Positions 27,408 through 40,177 of a DNA stretch of 64,000 nucleotides are shown piece after piece. This stretch comes from Torpedo marmorata (Eukaryota), in NCBI GenBank assembly GCA_977017645.1, contig OZ360246.1:19282001-19346000 (forward strand), read 5' to 3'. The stretch's first letter is position 1; each line of letters starts with the position of its first letter. The notes beneath the pieces were generated by a model, which saw nothing but the letters and a program-made list of their open reading frames with translations, did no database searches and was not told where the DNA came from. Made by a program: the position numbers and the translations under genes.

Positions 27408-28994
27408 TCACCCTCTACCACCACCCTCCTCCGCCTGGCAGAACTTGTCCTCACTCTCAATAACTTCTCCTTCAACTCATCCCACTTCCTCCAAATCAAA
27501 GGAGTAGCCATGGGTACCCGCATGGGTCCCAGCTACGCCTGCCTGTTTGTGGGCTTTGTGGAGCAATCCATGCTGCACGCCTACACAGGCAAGACCCCTC
27601 ATCTCTTCCTCCGTTATATCGACGACTACATCGGGGCTGCCTCATGCACCCGCGATGAGTTTGTCAACTTCATCCACTTCACATCCAACTTCCACCACGA
27701 TCTCAAACTCACCTGGTCCATCTCCGATAACACTCTTCCCCTTCCTGGATCTCTCTGTCTCCATCTCGGGAGACAAGCTTTCCACCGACATTTACCACAA
27801 ACCCTCCAACTCCCAGAACTATGGACTACACTTCCTCACACCCTGTCCCCTGCAAGGATTCCATGCCCTCTCAATTTCTCCGTCTCCGCCGCATCTGTTC
27901 CCAAGATGATGTCTTCCAGTTCAGATCTTCTGAAATGTCTGCCTTCTTCCACAAACGTGGCTTCCCCTCCACCACCATCAACTCAGCCCTCACCCGCATC
28001 TCCTCCATTTCCCGCTCATCTGCCCTGGCCCCCTCTGCCCCCAGACGCAACAAACATAGAATCCCCCTCATCCTCACCTACCACCCCACCAGCCTCCGCA
28101 TCCAACACATTATCCGCCGGAATTTCCGGCACTTACTACAGGATCCCACCACCAGACACATTTTTCCTTCTCCTCCCCTCTTGGCCTTCCGCAGGGACCG
28201 CTCCTTCCGCGATTCCCTCGTGCACTCATCCCTCCCCACCCATCGCACCCCCGGCACCTTCCCCTGTGCCCGCAGGAGGTGCAACACCTGCGCCCACACC
28301 TCCCCCCTCACCACGGTCCGGGGCCCCAAACAGGCCTTTCAAGTGAAACTACACTTCACTTGTACATCCAGAGAACTTATTTACTGCATCCGGTGCTCCC
28401 TTTGTGGCTTTCTCTACATCGGAGAGACCGGTCGTAGATTGGGAGATCGCTTTGCTGAGCACCTCCTCTCCGTCCACAACAACAGCGACCTCCCAGTAGC
28501 CAGCCATTTCAATTCCGAGTCACACTCCCACACCTGTCCATGGCCTTATGTACTGTCCCACCCAGACTACCCGCAAATTGGAGGAACAACATCTCATTTT
28601 CTGTCTGGGCACTCTCCAGCCAGATGGCATTAACATTGACTTTTCTGCTTTCCACTAAACCTGCTTGTCTTTTCCTTTCCCTCCCCCCTCACTTGTCCTT
28701 CCTGTTTTTTTCCACCCACCCAGCCATCCCTCCTCCCCCTCTTTGCTGCTGTCCCCTCCCTCCTTTCTCCACCTATCATCTCCTGCCTTTGCCATCCCCC
28801 TTCCCCCCCCCCCCCCACTCTTGATCGGACGCCTGCTGGCATTTTCTCATACTTTGATGAAGGGCTCAAGCCCGAAACGTCGGTTATGTATTTCTACCTT
28901 TGCTACATAAAAGACACTGTTTGACCTGCTGAGTTTCTCCAGCATTTGTATTTTTTACTTCAACCACGGTGTCTACAGATTTTCGTGTTTTACT
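27408..28994 (+). mobile_element. Penelope-like element, 5'-truncated (RT plus GIY-YIG), frameshifted
   Basis: GVAMGTRMGPSYACLF, RYIDD and IYCIRC..YIGETG motifs; TSD TCCCTCCTATT at 27397-27407 and 28995-29005. Confidence 0.9.
28848..28888 (+). ncRNA. Hammerhead-like motif (C3U variant) in the 3' terminus of the Penelope copy
   Basis: TTGATGA A GGGC TCAA GCCC GAAA CGTC GGTTATG; a TTGAAGA variant lies at 5803-5843 (-). Confidence 0.5.
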
Positions 28995-29339
28995 TCCCTC
29001 CTATTCAATCTTTCCTGATGTGTATAATCTCCTGGCAAATGTTTTTGCACCTTTCCCTGCTCCTGTTTGTGATGTGAAGACCAGAGCTCTTCAAAGTGTC
29101 AAGTTTGGTTTGAGGTTACTGCATCTTCCCTGTTAAACATCTGTGGGCATATAGTCTCATCCTGATGAATTAGTCACTTCCAATTTACCAGAAATGTTCA
29201 TTAAACTGGAAAACGTACAGGGAGCGACATGAAATAGTAAATATCACATTTATGTGTTAAAGGCAAAGACCCCAAAACACCTGCTGTGCCTAACACTGTG
29301 CAGTGTTTGCCCTGGAACTTTTTAAAGAGGAGAATAGAA

Positions 29340-30040
<701 letters not shown>

Positions 30041-30508
30041 TGACTTGGGCAACTCTTATTGCTCATCCCTTGGGCCATTTCAGGCAGGTAGGAGTTTACA
30101 GGACAGACCAGGTAAGGACGGATGCCTTTTCCCCCTGAACGACACTGATGAACCAGATGTCTTTTAACAACTATCAGCTGCTTTTGTGATTATCATTGCT
30201 AATAACAAAGATTTTTTTTTAAACTGATGACATTGTACTTCAAATATAAGGGATAAGTTGAGAATGGGCTTCTGCTCATGGGAAGGAATCAGCGATTCCT
30301 GGAATTCCTAGTGGAGAGGAATTTGTCACTGAATACAAAATCCTGTTGTTTGTGTTGGTCAGTAGACAGTGTCGAGGAGTTCACTTGATCCTTTTTTGTT
30401 CAGGTACCTGGGATGGAAAATAAATACCTGGAGCTTGGTGCCCTGCGCTGATATTATCTGGGATTGATGGGCCTCTAAGCCAAAATAAAGCTATTGACAA
30501 TCCTAGAT

Positions 30509-30766
30509 TGGGCGGCACGGGTGTTAGCGCAACGCCTTTACAGCGCCAGTGATCGGGTCCGGACCGGGGTTCGAATACCGCGCTGTTTGTAAGGAGTTTG
30601 TACGTTCTCCCCGTGTCTGCGTGGGTTTTATCCGGGGGCTCCGGTTTCCTCCCACCGTTCAAAACGTACCGGGGGTGTAGGTTAATGGGGTGTAAATTGG
30701 GCGGCACGGACTTGTGGGCCGAAATGGCCTCTTACCGTGCTGTATGTCTAAATTTAAATTTAAAAA
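30509..30766 (+). mobile_element. V-SINE/HE1-like SINE
   Basis: Same family; very similar to the copy at 52580. Confidence 0.82.
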
Positions 30767-31314
30767 TCACCCTCTGTCCTTGCTTCCTCACCATAACCCC
30801 AACCCACCCTTTCCTCCCCTTCACCAACCCCCACACTACTTCCTCTCCCTGACTCAAAATCCTTTTTTTGGATCTTTCCTAGCTGGGCAGGGTGAGGAGG
30901 GCTAAATAAAGGAATTGGGATGTCTTGTATTAATATCATACGAAACTGCCAAATCCCTACTGAAATATAGGAAGTCCCTTGTAGTACGGGGCTGTCGGTA
31001 TCAAGCAGCATATATTGTGTGGACACACGTCTTGGCACAAAATGGATGTCATTGCCCGTGCGTGTCTCCCACGTGCATGTGTACATGAACAGAATCTTTT
31101 ACGTTTGCCTTTGAGCCACTAATTTCTTGATTCAAACCAGAGATGTGATGTGATGCTGGAGTGTTGCAGCATTGTGGAGACAATCAGGAGCCCCGTCCTT
31201 TGCTTTCAGGGAGGTGAATGTGAAAGATCCCATGGGTTCTTTTGAAAAGCCGGAAATATCCAGGCTGATGTTTATTCCTCAACCAACATCTGTTTCAGAT
31301 TAAATAGTTGTAAA

Positions 31315-31435
31315 GCAGAAAATCTGCAGATGCTGGGGTCGAGTGCAGTACACAGAAGTACTGGAGAAACTCAGCAGGTCACACAACATCCAAAGGAAGC
31401 AAAGGCAGTTAATGTTTCAGGCCTGAGCCCTTCAA
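31315..31435 (-). mobile_element. Penelope terminus fragment
   Basis: ctggagaaactcagcaggtc...gtttcaggcctgagcccttc, similar to the other copies. Confidence 0.6.
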
Positions 31436-31744
31436 CGGGAATAAATTAAATGGTTATTACAATTAGTGGTCTTGTTTTCTACATTCACAAAGTTTTTTTT
31501 ATGGGTTGGAAAGCAGGTTGAAGTTGTGAAGAATTGTTTCAAAATGCATTTTCATTCATTTCTTCATCTTGCTCTCCCTCACTCCTATCCCCACTACTGC
31601 TCCTCTGCTTTCAATACTCTGTGGCTCCACTGTCCCAACTGCCCCCCCCCTACCATTCTGCTGCCCTCTTGCATAGCACTCTTGGTATGCATCCCAATTT
31701 GTAAGGCCCCTCCTGTCCCTTCCTTGCATGTAAGCCCCTTGGTT

Positions 31745-31985
31745 CTAAATTTTAAATTTAGACATACAGCACGGTAACAGGCCCTTTCGGCCCACGAGCC
31801 CATGCCGCCCAATAACACCCAATTGACTTACACCCCCTGGTACGTTTTGGAGAGTGGGAGGAAAGGGAAAATCTACGCAGACACGGGGAGAACGTACAAA
31901 CTCCTTACAAACAGTGCGGGATTCGAACCCTGGTCCCGATCGCTGGCGTGGTAACAGCATTGCGCTAACTGCTACGCTGACCATT
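31745..31985 (-). mobile_element. V-SINE/HE1-like SINE
   Basis: Reverse-complement copy. Confidence 0.8.
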
Positions 31986-32143
31986 CTGTGCCCACTCTCT
32001 GTGTCTTCTCCCTCCTCCATTTCTCACTCGCTGACCTTGTGTGTCTTTACTGGTGGATGTGGGCAGGGGGTGTTTCTGCGCTGATTAACTGCTCTCTTCA
32101 TTTGCACTGAATCCTGTTCTGTCTACACTCCACTCTTTCCTGA

Positions 32144-32425
<282 letters not shown>

Positions 32426-34666
32426 TAGAGATTGAAATATAAGAGAATAGTTCTTGCACCATTGCACTGCCCTGCAATATCTTGTAAAATATTGTTCCTT
32501 TTTTTTTTAGCAAATCTGCTAATAAATTCAGCTTTTTGTAATGAAGTGCCTCTGGTGTAATTGTCATCTTAATTTATTTTTGGATATAAAAATTATTTGA
32601 AACAATAGGGACCAGAGCTGTATTGTCACACAGACCAAAAAACACTGGCTGCTCTGCTAACTGTCTGGTTCATCTCTTACTGAATCTCAAAAGCTGCCAA
32701 TAATTGTCTGCAGGTTGCATGATAAAGGAAATACTGCGTGGATGAAGGGGAGGTGGGGTTTGAAGTTGGGGGAAATTAATGCATTGCTTTAAGGCGGTGG
32801 AAAGAGGGGTTGGTTGTATCTGCCTTAGAAGTGATTGCTGGTTCAGTGCAGAGGGACCTGTCCCCATATCTAATCTACATCTCCAGCTGCAATGGGAGTG
32901 TGTAATGGGACAGTGGAGCTGGTCTTCGTCTGTGGTTAAGCAGTGGGGCCTGGTTCCTCTTGAACTGCATATCTCCGTATCATTGACCAAGTGCACCAAC
33001 AGGGGCAGCAGTTAACTCGTTCCTGTTTGGACTTCTCTATGGTGAAAGTTTGACAGTAACCAAAGAAATCACCCAAAGTGGACTTGTTTAAGCTTCGAGA
33101 CCTGCGGTAAATGAAGTCACAGCTGCTGAATGGATAAAGCACACTGAGACTCTGACTGCAGTGGAAATGTGATGGTGCAAGTTCCACTCCATATCAGGGA
33201 CCTGATCGACATTTCATCACTCAGCTCCCTGAGGTACAGCATTCCAAACCCACCAGGGGGCAGCTGTGGATTGCATCAGTTACTCTGCACTTGGAGACCA
33301 GATTTCAGGGATAATGTCTGACTGGGCAGTCTACAAAATATATTTATTCCCTTCAGTGCCTGAGAATGTACTGTGCGACACGCAGGGAATCTAACCCTGT
33401 CTACCACAGAGTCCATCCTTTGTTCTGCACCCTCCTGTCAAATACTGCTCCCTCTCTCCTCCTGTGCAATGCCTTTCCCGTCTCCAAAGGTGTCCCTTCC
33501 AGGTGTTTCTGCTTTTATCAGTCTGCAGAGCCACCTTTTCCCACTCCAGCCCAGCCGATGGCAGAGTTTGCCCTCCAACCCCAGATTCTCGGACCTTTCT
33601 CTCAGCGACATCATCCAGAACCACATTTATTTCCCTGGATTGGATCATCACATTGCTTCACCTCCCCCATCCCCCTCTATCAACCCCACCACTGCCTTTG
33701 ATTTGTTGGGCTCTTGCTGTTACAGCATGCCCTGCCCTCTCCCTCTCTGACGTCTGACACTGTGCTGGATGGTTCACAGACGTGGGTCAGATCTGATCCA
33801 AAAAATCAGCTGCATGTTGGGAGATTGCCTTCCATTACCTTTGCAACATCACCCAGCTCTCCCTCAGCTCTGCTGCAGAAACCTTCATCCAGGTCTTTTT
33901 ATCTCAAGAACTGGCAATGAATCCTCTCCTGGCAAGACTCCCATCTCCATAAACCTGAGAGGGACTGAATTTCTGCCTACAGACCGTCTGCTCACTGAAC
34001 TGCATTCCCTGCCAGTTAAACAAAGCTTTCAAATCATTCCTTAGCCTCACCCATCCTGTCCCCACAGACTCCACCACCTGTACATCAGTCTGAGATCTCT
34101 GCACTCCTGCATTTCGGAGGTCTTGCAATCCATTACTGATTATACTTTTGGCTGCTGAGGCTCTAAGCTTTGGAAATCCTTGTCCCACCTTCTCTAAGAT
34201 GCTCCATAAAACTACCTCTTTCAGCAAGATGTCTGTTGTCTCTTGTCAATTTTGTTAATATTTCTCTGAATCACTTAGATGCTTTGCTAAGTTAAAGATA
34301 AATAACTCAAGTTGTTATTTGGGATTGCATAGGGGTAATAGACCCATTCATTACACTGCACAAAAGGAATAGTCTTATTCTGTTCAGTGCACAGGGATAA
34401 TGTTCTCCTTGTTCTGTAACATAAAGTGCAGTACACTATACAGTGGTAAACTAGTAGTCTAGAATTGTGCTGTTTCCGTTTGCTTCCACACCCTGGTGCA
34501 CATCTGCACAGCTGTATTCTGCAAGTTAGTAAATTGCTTTCCACTACCCGTTCAGGTCCATGTATTCCAGAACTTGCTGCGCAAGTTTAAAAGACTCACC
34601 TGTCCTATACCTCTTTTGCCAGTTAGCTGAAATCAGAATCCTCTCTTTACCAATTCTACAATTTGA

Positions 34667-34893
34667 AATTAAAACACGAAAGTCTGCAGACACCGTGGTT
34701 GAAGTAAGATCACAATGCTCGAGAAACTCAGCTGGTCAAACAGTGTACTTTATATGGCAAATACATACATACACTTTATGTAGATAATATACCTTGATGG
34801 AGGGCTCAAGCCCGAGACGTTAGTTATGTATCTTTATCTTTGCTACATAAAGTACACTGTTCGACCTGCTGAGTTTCTCCAGCATTGTGTTTT
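34667..34893. mobile_element. Short fold-back Penelope-terminus derivative with 15-bp TSD
   Basis: Inverted termini; TSD AATTCTACAATTTGA at 34652-34666 and 34894-34908. Confidence 0.78.
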
Positions 34894-35568
34894 AATTCTA
34901 CAATTTGAGACAGTTTAATTACCCACCCCCACACTCCGACCAAGGTTGTAGCCAACCTTGTTTAGAAAACTGAATGCGTTTGACCCTGAGATCGTGCTCT
35001 GAATGACTCAGGCTGACACCACAGTTTAGAAGAGTTTACATCTCTCTCTTGCAGCTTAGTAAAGCGAGGACAATCAGCACCATCCGGATGCTATCGGGTG
35101 TGGACCTCCTTGGGAAGATTGGATTTTATTGTCTTTAACGAGCTGCTTTCTTCAACCATTCCCCACACAGGTTTCAGTCCAGGCTTGGGGTCAGTAGGCT
35201 TTCTTCAGGGAACCAGTTGTACAGCTTCATGGTCACTTTCCCTGACACCAGATCCTCATTTATAATTTTTTTTTCTCAAAAATGTAATTTCTCTATTTTA
35301 TTTTCTGAATTACTTGTCCAAAAGTCTAACCATGACCCCCATGTACAGCAGCCAGACCTCACTCAGGATGTCGTGCTATTCTGCGATTCATCCTGCACAA
35401 TCTGTTGTTTCAGTGGGCGCACAAGGATTAAAATTCACAACAGGGTAAAAAGCCGCAAAACTGAGTCCATTTCAAGGCAAGTTGCTGATTAATATTAGAG
35501 CTGTTATGCACCTAGAACTAGGGTTTAGATGGCCTCCTATTGCTAGCTGTTAGTGGCAGCATCTGTAA

Positions 35569-35964
<396 letters not shown>

Positions 35965-36420
35965 TGAGGGAGCATTACCATTTCATCCAACCCCCACTTT
36001 CCTTGGCCTGCACATCCCAAGAGATCCAGAGGGGTGGAGTGACGGCGAGCCTCGCTCCACTAGTCAGCAGTGATGGGTCGTTAAGTCTCAGTAGTCGGGT
36101 TCTGTGGCATTATTTTGGTGTGAATTTTCTCCTCATTAATAAGAAAGGTGTCAGTGGAAGGCATTCCCTCATCAAGTGCCACATGAACCATCAGTCTCAG
36201 TGCAGGTACAATACAGGCTGGATGCAGTAAAGCTCGCCGTTACACTGGGCGAGGGCAGAGATTCCACCTTTAGTCCAAAGCGCAATGCCCCCGACACTGG
36301 ACGATCACTGGGTCAATGCCTTCAGGCAAGGAGAGAGGGAAATCCAGTGGTTGAAGTTGTGAATTCTCCACTCCACACGTTGATTGGTTTATTTTTGTTT
36401 AAACAAACCATGTTTTGCAG

Positions 36421-36547
36421 CCGTTCACACAGGGTCAGTATGGAGCAGCACAGATGTACAGTAACAGCTTTGGGCCCACCTTCCGAGGGCCGGGGACAGG
36501 AGCCCTCATCAACTACAACCAGATGCCACTGGGTCCCTATATCAGCG
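36421..36547 (+). CDS. CHD5: CHD5 coding exon ([42 protein letters not shown])
   Basis: QMYSN.FGP.FRGPG....[10 protein letters not shown] is CHD5-diagnostic; gtaggt donor; second in-frame acceptor possible at 36433. Confidence 0.9.
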
Positions 36548-36868
36548 GTAGGTTCGAGAATCGCAGATTCTTGCATCTAAATTCCTCAACTACAAATCTG
36601 GAAACTAAGGGCTGGTATCAGGAAAAGTAACCAAGAAGCTGCCATACTCTCATCATTCTAACCTTCGTCTCCAGTCTAGCACGTGTGTAACCATTGAATC
36701 ATTGAAATGGATGAGCAAGATGGTTATTCTAGCCAGAGTACGTAGGCTTGAGCCCAGTCCGAAGAGTGAATGATTACCAAGGCCATTGCTCGGGAGGAAG
36801 GAAGTCTTTTCCTTGCCTGAGTGGATTGAATTCGGCCTGGCATTCTCCCTGATCACCTTGTGCTGAGG

Positions 36869-37728
36869 CACTGGCGTTACTAGGGGGGTGCGGACCGCAC
36901 CAGGTGACACCATCAGAGGGGGTGACACCAAAATGACTGTCCATAAAATTTTTGTGCAGTGTTGCAGCAGAAATTTATTACTTTTTTATAAAAATATCCC
37001 TGTAGTTAGTTATAACAACAAAAACATTTTTCGTAAGCCCAGTTTACATGTATCAATATACCTACAAGGCTAAAACTCTATGCTAATTTACTTTTTGAAC
37101 CTTCTAATGCACTGTCATTATTACCCAATTACAATGACGCTTCGAATCACATGGTTTCGTCTGCACGCGCTGTTGTTTTCGTTGCTGCTGGTGTTTTTAT
37201 AGTCGCTGCTTTTGTCAAATTTTCTGGTGTTTTTGCTACAATATTGTGGTAATTAATATCTGTGAGCCTATATCAATAACCTTTTTGAGAATGTAGTAAT
37301 TAAAGGAAAAGGAGAAAAATCAAAAAAGGCTTCCACTCAGTTACTAATAATGTAATTCAATGTAGAAAGATTTTACAAAACAATTTTGTTGTTAGTACTC
37401 ATATAATCTAAGAAATATTACATTTAAGCAATTTACAACTATATTTATCATATTATTCTATATATTTACAACTATATATATTATATATACATTTAGGCTG
37501 TTGTAATTTAAAGGTGTAGTTTTAATTTTGCTAGTTGTTTATCTCACTACTATTGCCATTACATTCAGTGATATATGGGAATTACGGTTTACGAGTAACA
37601 TTAGTACAAAAAACATTACCAAGGATTCTGTATGGTCTGGTACGGGAGGAGGTCCATGGGGGGGGGGGGGGGGCGGGTGACAACATGAGTTACCGCACTG
37701 GGTGACACCAACCCTAGTGACGCCACTG
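36869..37728. mobile_element. Non-autonomous hAT element in the last CHD5 intron
   Basis: TIR CA(C/G)TGGCGT(T/C)ACTAGGG; 8-bp TSD TGCTG(A/T)GG. Confidence 0.82.
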
Positions 37729-38038
37729 TGCTGTGGATCGGAGTAATCTGGGGCAGGGCATCTCACTGGCCTTATGGAGACAAGTGATTGTTCAGAGAGA
37801 ACATTAAGATTAAAAGTCATGACTAATGCTGCTGCATTGAACCAGGATAAAACTAAATGTCCTCAATAAAATGCAGCATTGTAACGTCCCACACTCCTCC
37901 CCCGCCCCGTTAAGCAGTTGTGAAACCCCATTAAAAGTTTAAATAAGTTAAATGCACAGAAATTTGATTTGTTTAGGGAAAATATGAAATTTGCCAGCTA
38001 GAAGAAAATTATACTAAAGGAATTCTGCTTGTTTGCAG

Positions 38039-38160
38039 CGACCACAAATATTTCTGCCGTGAGTGACTCAGATAAAAAGTACTTGTCGGAAGGACTGAAA
38101 GAACTGGAAGCAGGAGAAAGGAAAGATAAAGTCAGTGATGTAATCTGCATCGAAGATTGA
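38039..38160 (+). CDS. CHD5: Probable terminal CHD5 coding exon (ATTNISAVSDSDKKYLSEGLKELEAGERKDKVSDVICIED*)
   Basis: ctgcttgtttgcag acceptor; phase 1 matches the previous donor; open to TGA at 38158-38160; end resembles the CHD3 terminus VICIDD. Confidence 0.82.
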
Positions 38161-40091
38161 CAGCAAGTCACCAGGAACAGCTCCCAGCTGGTCCAGCCAG
38201 ACACCTTGCTCCTGACCGACCTTAAACATTCTTTGGAAACATGGTGTTTTCATCTGGGGAGGGGGGTGGTGGGGTGAGGAGGTGGGGGTGTGCTGTGCTC
38301 ACTTGTACATATTTGCACTTTCTTTGCACGCTCGTGGAAGGGCTGTTCCTGTTGCATTGTGTTGTTTCAGGGAGATTAACGCCAGAGTTTAGGGACTTGG
38401 GGCCGAGGGATACAAAACGCATGATCGTAACCAGACCTTGTAAACTCTGCAACCAATTCTACAGATTCTGCTCCGCATAATATCCCTCATCACAGTCCTT
38501 AACCCCCACAAGCGTACAGTCCGTAACCTACTCCCTCACCAGCGACAGTTCATTCTTCCTAACCCCACCCCCTTTTCAATGTACTGGTCCACTACAGTGT
38601 TCCGCCCTCAACCAAAATACACCATTCCTAACCCACCCCCCAACCCTGTGATGTACTACCAAACCCAGTATAATTACCACTATCGATTGCCCTCCGAATC
38701 ATACACCATCCACTGTCCCAAAGTGAACCCCAGCCAGGGTTACCCTGATCCCTTGAAAACCCAGAATTCCTTGGGATTCTTGTGAAGAGGGGGCACAATT
38801 TGTACTTTGGTTTGGTATGTTATGTGGATGGAATCCTCAACTCCAGTACCAACATTCCAGGTAGGAAGGCTGTAGCTTGGATATTGTACATTGTGTGGAG
38901 TTCAGCCTGGGTTTGGAACACATACACTTCCCCTTGTTCAGGTTAAGGGTTCATAGTTCTCAGCTTCTCTCCTGTGTTAACCATCAATTTCCCCCTTATA
39001 TTGCCTCCCTTTTATAGTGTTTTGGGGTGGAGTAACAACAAATTAGTGCCATTGGACTATCTTGTATTACAAAGGATATTTGTTGAGACTGGACATTGAC
39101 CATACCCTGGAAAATTATCAGTGTCTGAATGCCGATAATCTGGAATAGTCTGTCCAGAATTATACCAGATTAACTGTGCACCGTGTAGAGTTCAGCCACA
39201 CAGAGAAACCTTGGTCAATGCTTCGAGGTGGACAGTGACTGAGACCAGGACTGTGCTCTGCAATAAGGTCTCCCCCACCAGTCAATGCTGATGCTCAAAG
39301 ATAACGAACAGTCCATGCATAGGTAATAGTGGTTGCCAGGGGGCCCTTCTCTTGCACTGCCATCCTAGAATCCACCTACTCTGGCAGCACAGAATTGACA
39401 CAATTTAGTTAAAATTGGTGCCTTCAGGAGAGGGGGGAACACCCCAAATCTCATTGCTATAGTTAATCACTCTTCCTGAAGCTAATGTTTTTCTGAACCT
39501 CATGATGTAAGTTTTTTTTGCCAAATGTCAATTAAGATAGTTTATAACAACACTAAGTTAAAGACTTGAATATTGAAACTTCAGTCACCATTTAAAACCA
39601 GATTATATAAATTGAGGTGAAATGTTGGAACTCAGTTTAAGATTCTGAGAATGACCATTTTGGCGACTGTATGTGAGGCCTCTTTCCACACTTTCTATCC
39701 CTCTATCGTCATATTTTATCTTTACTTTTATCCTCATTATTCCTTGAAGTTGTTATTTTCATTTTTTCTCTCGTTTCTCCTTTTCCCCAGCCTCTAGTTA
39801 CTTTTCTCTTCTGTAAAGGCACTGACTGTTCAGGGTACTTGTCCAGAAGGAAGGAAATCCATGTCATTCACTTTCACAGTGCCGAGATGTCGTAGGCAAG
39901 TGCTGACGATGTGTTTGGTTCAAGTGTGGGATAGAGAAGCAGATCCCATTGTGCCAATGCTGCATCTGATGCAAGGCACTGGTCCAGAACAGCACTACAC
40001 AAGGACAGTGCCAGTGATATTTTTCTTTTTAAAAAGAATCAAAACGGGAGAAAATGATCAATTTTGCTCACTCCATCAGATACTAATCAAT

Positions 40092-40177
40092 CACAGTGAT
40101 GTTAACTCTTGGAGGAGGTAAAACAGTACATAAACACAGTGATGTTAACTCTTGGAGGAGGTAAAACAGTACATAAA
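40092..40177. repeat. Perfect 43-bp tandem duplication
   Basis: CACAGTGATGTTAACTCTTGGAGGAGGTAAAACAGTACATAAA x2. Confidence 0.9.

Noticed and set aside
40092-40177. 43-bp tandem duplication as a functional element
   Set aside because: Two perfect copies fit recent slippage or an assembly artefact; nothing suggests function
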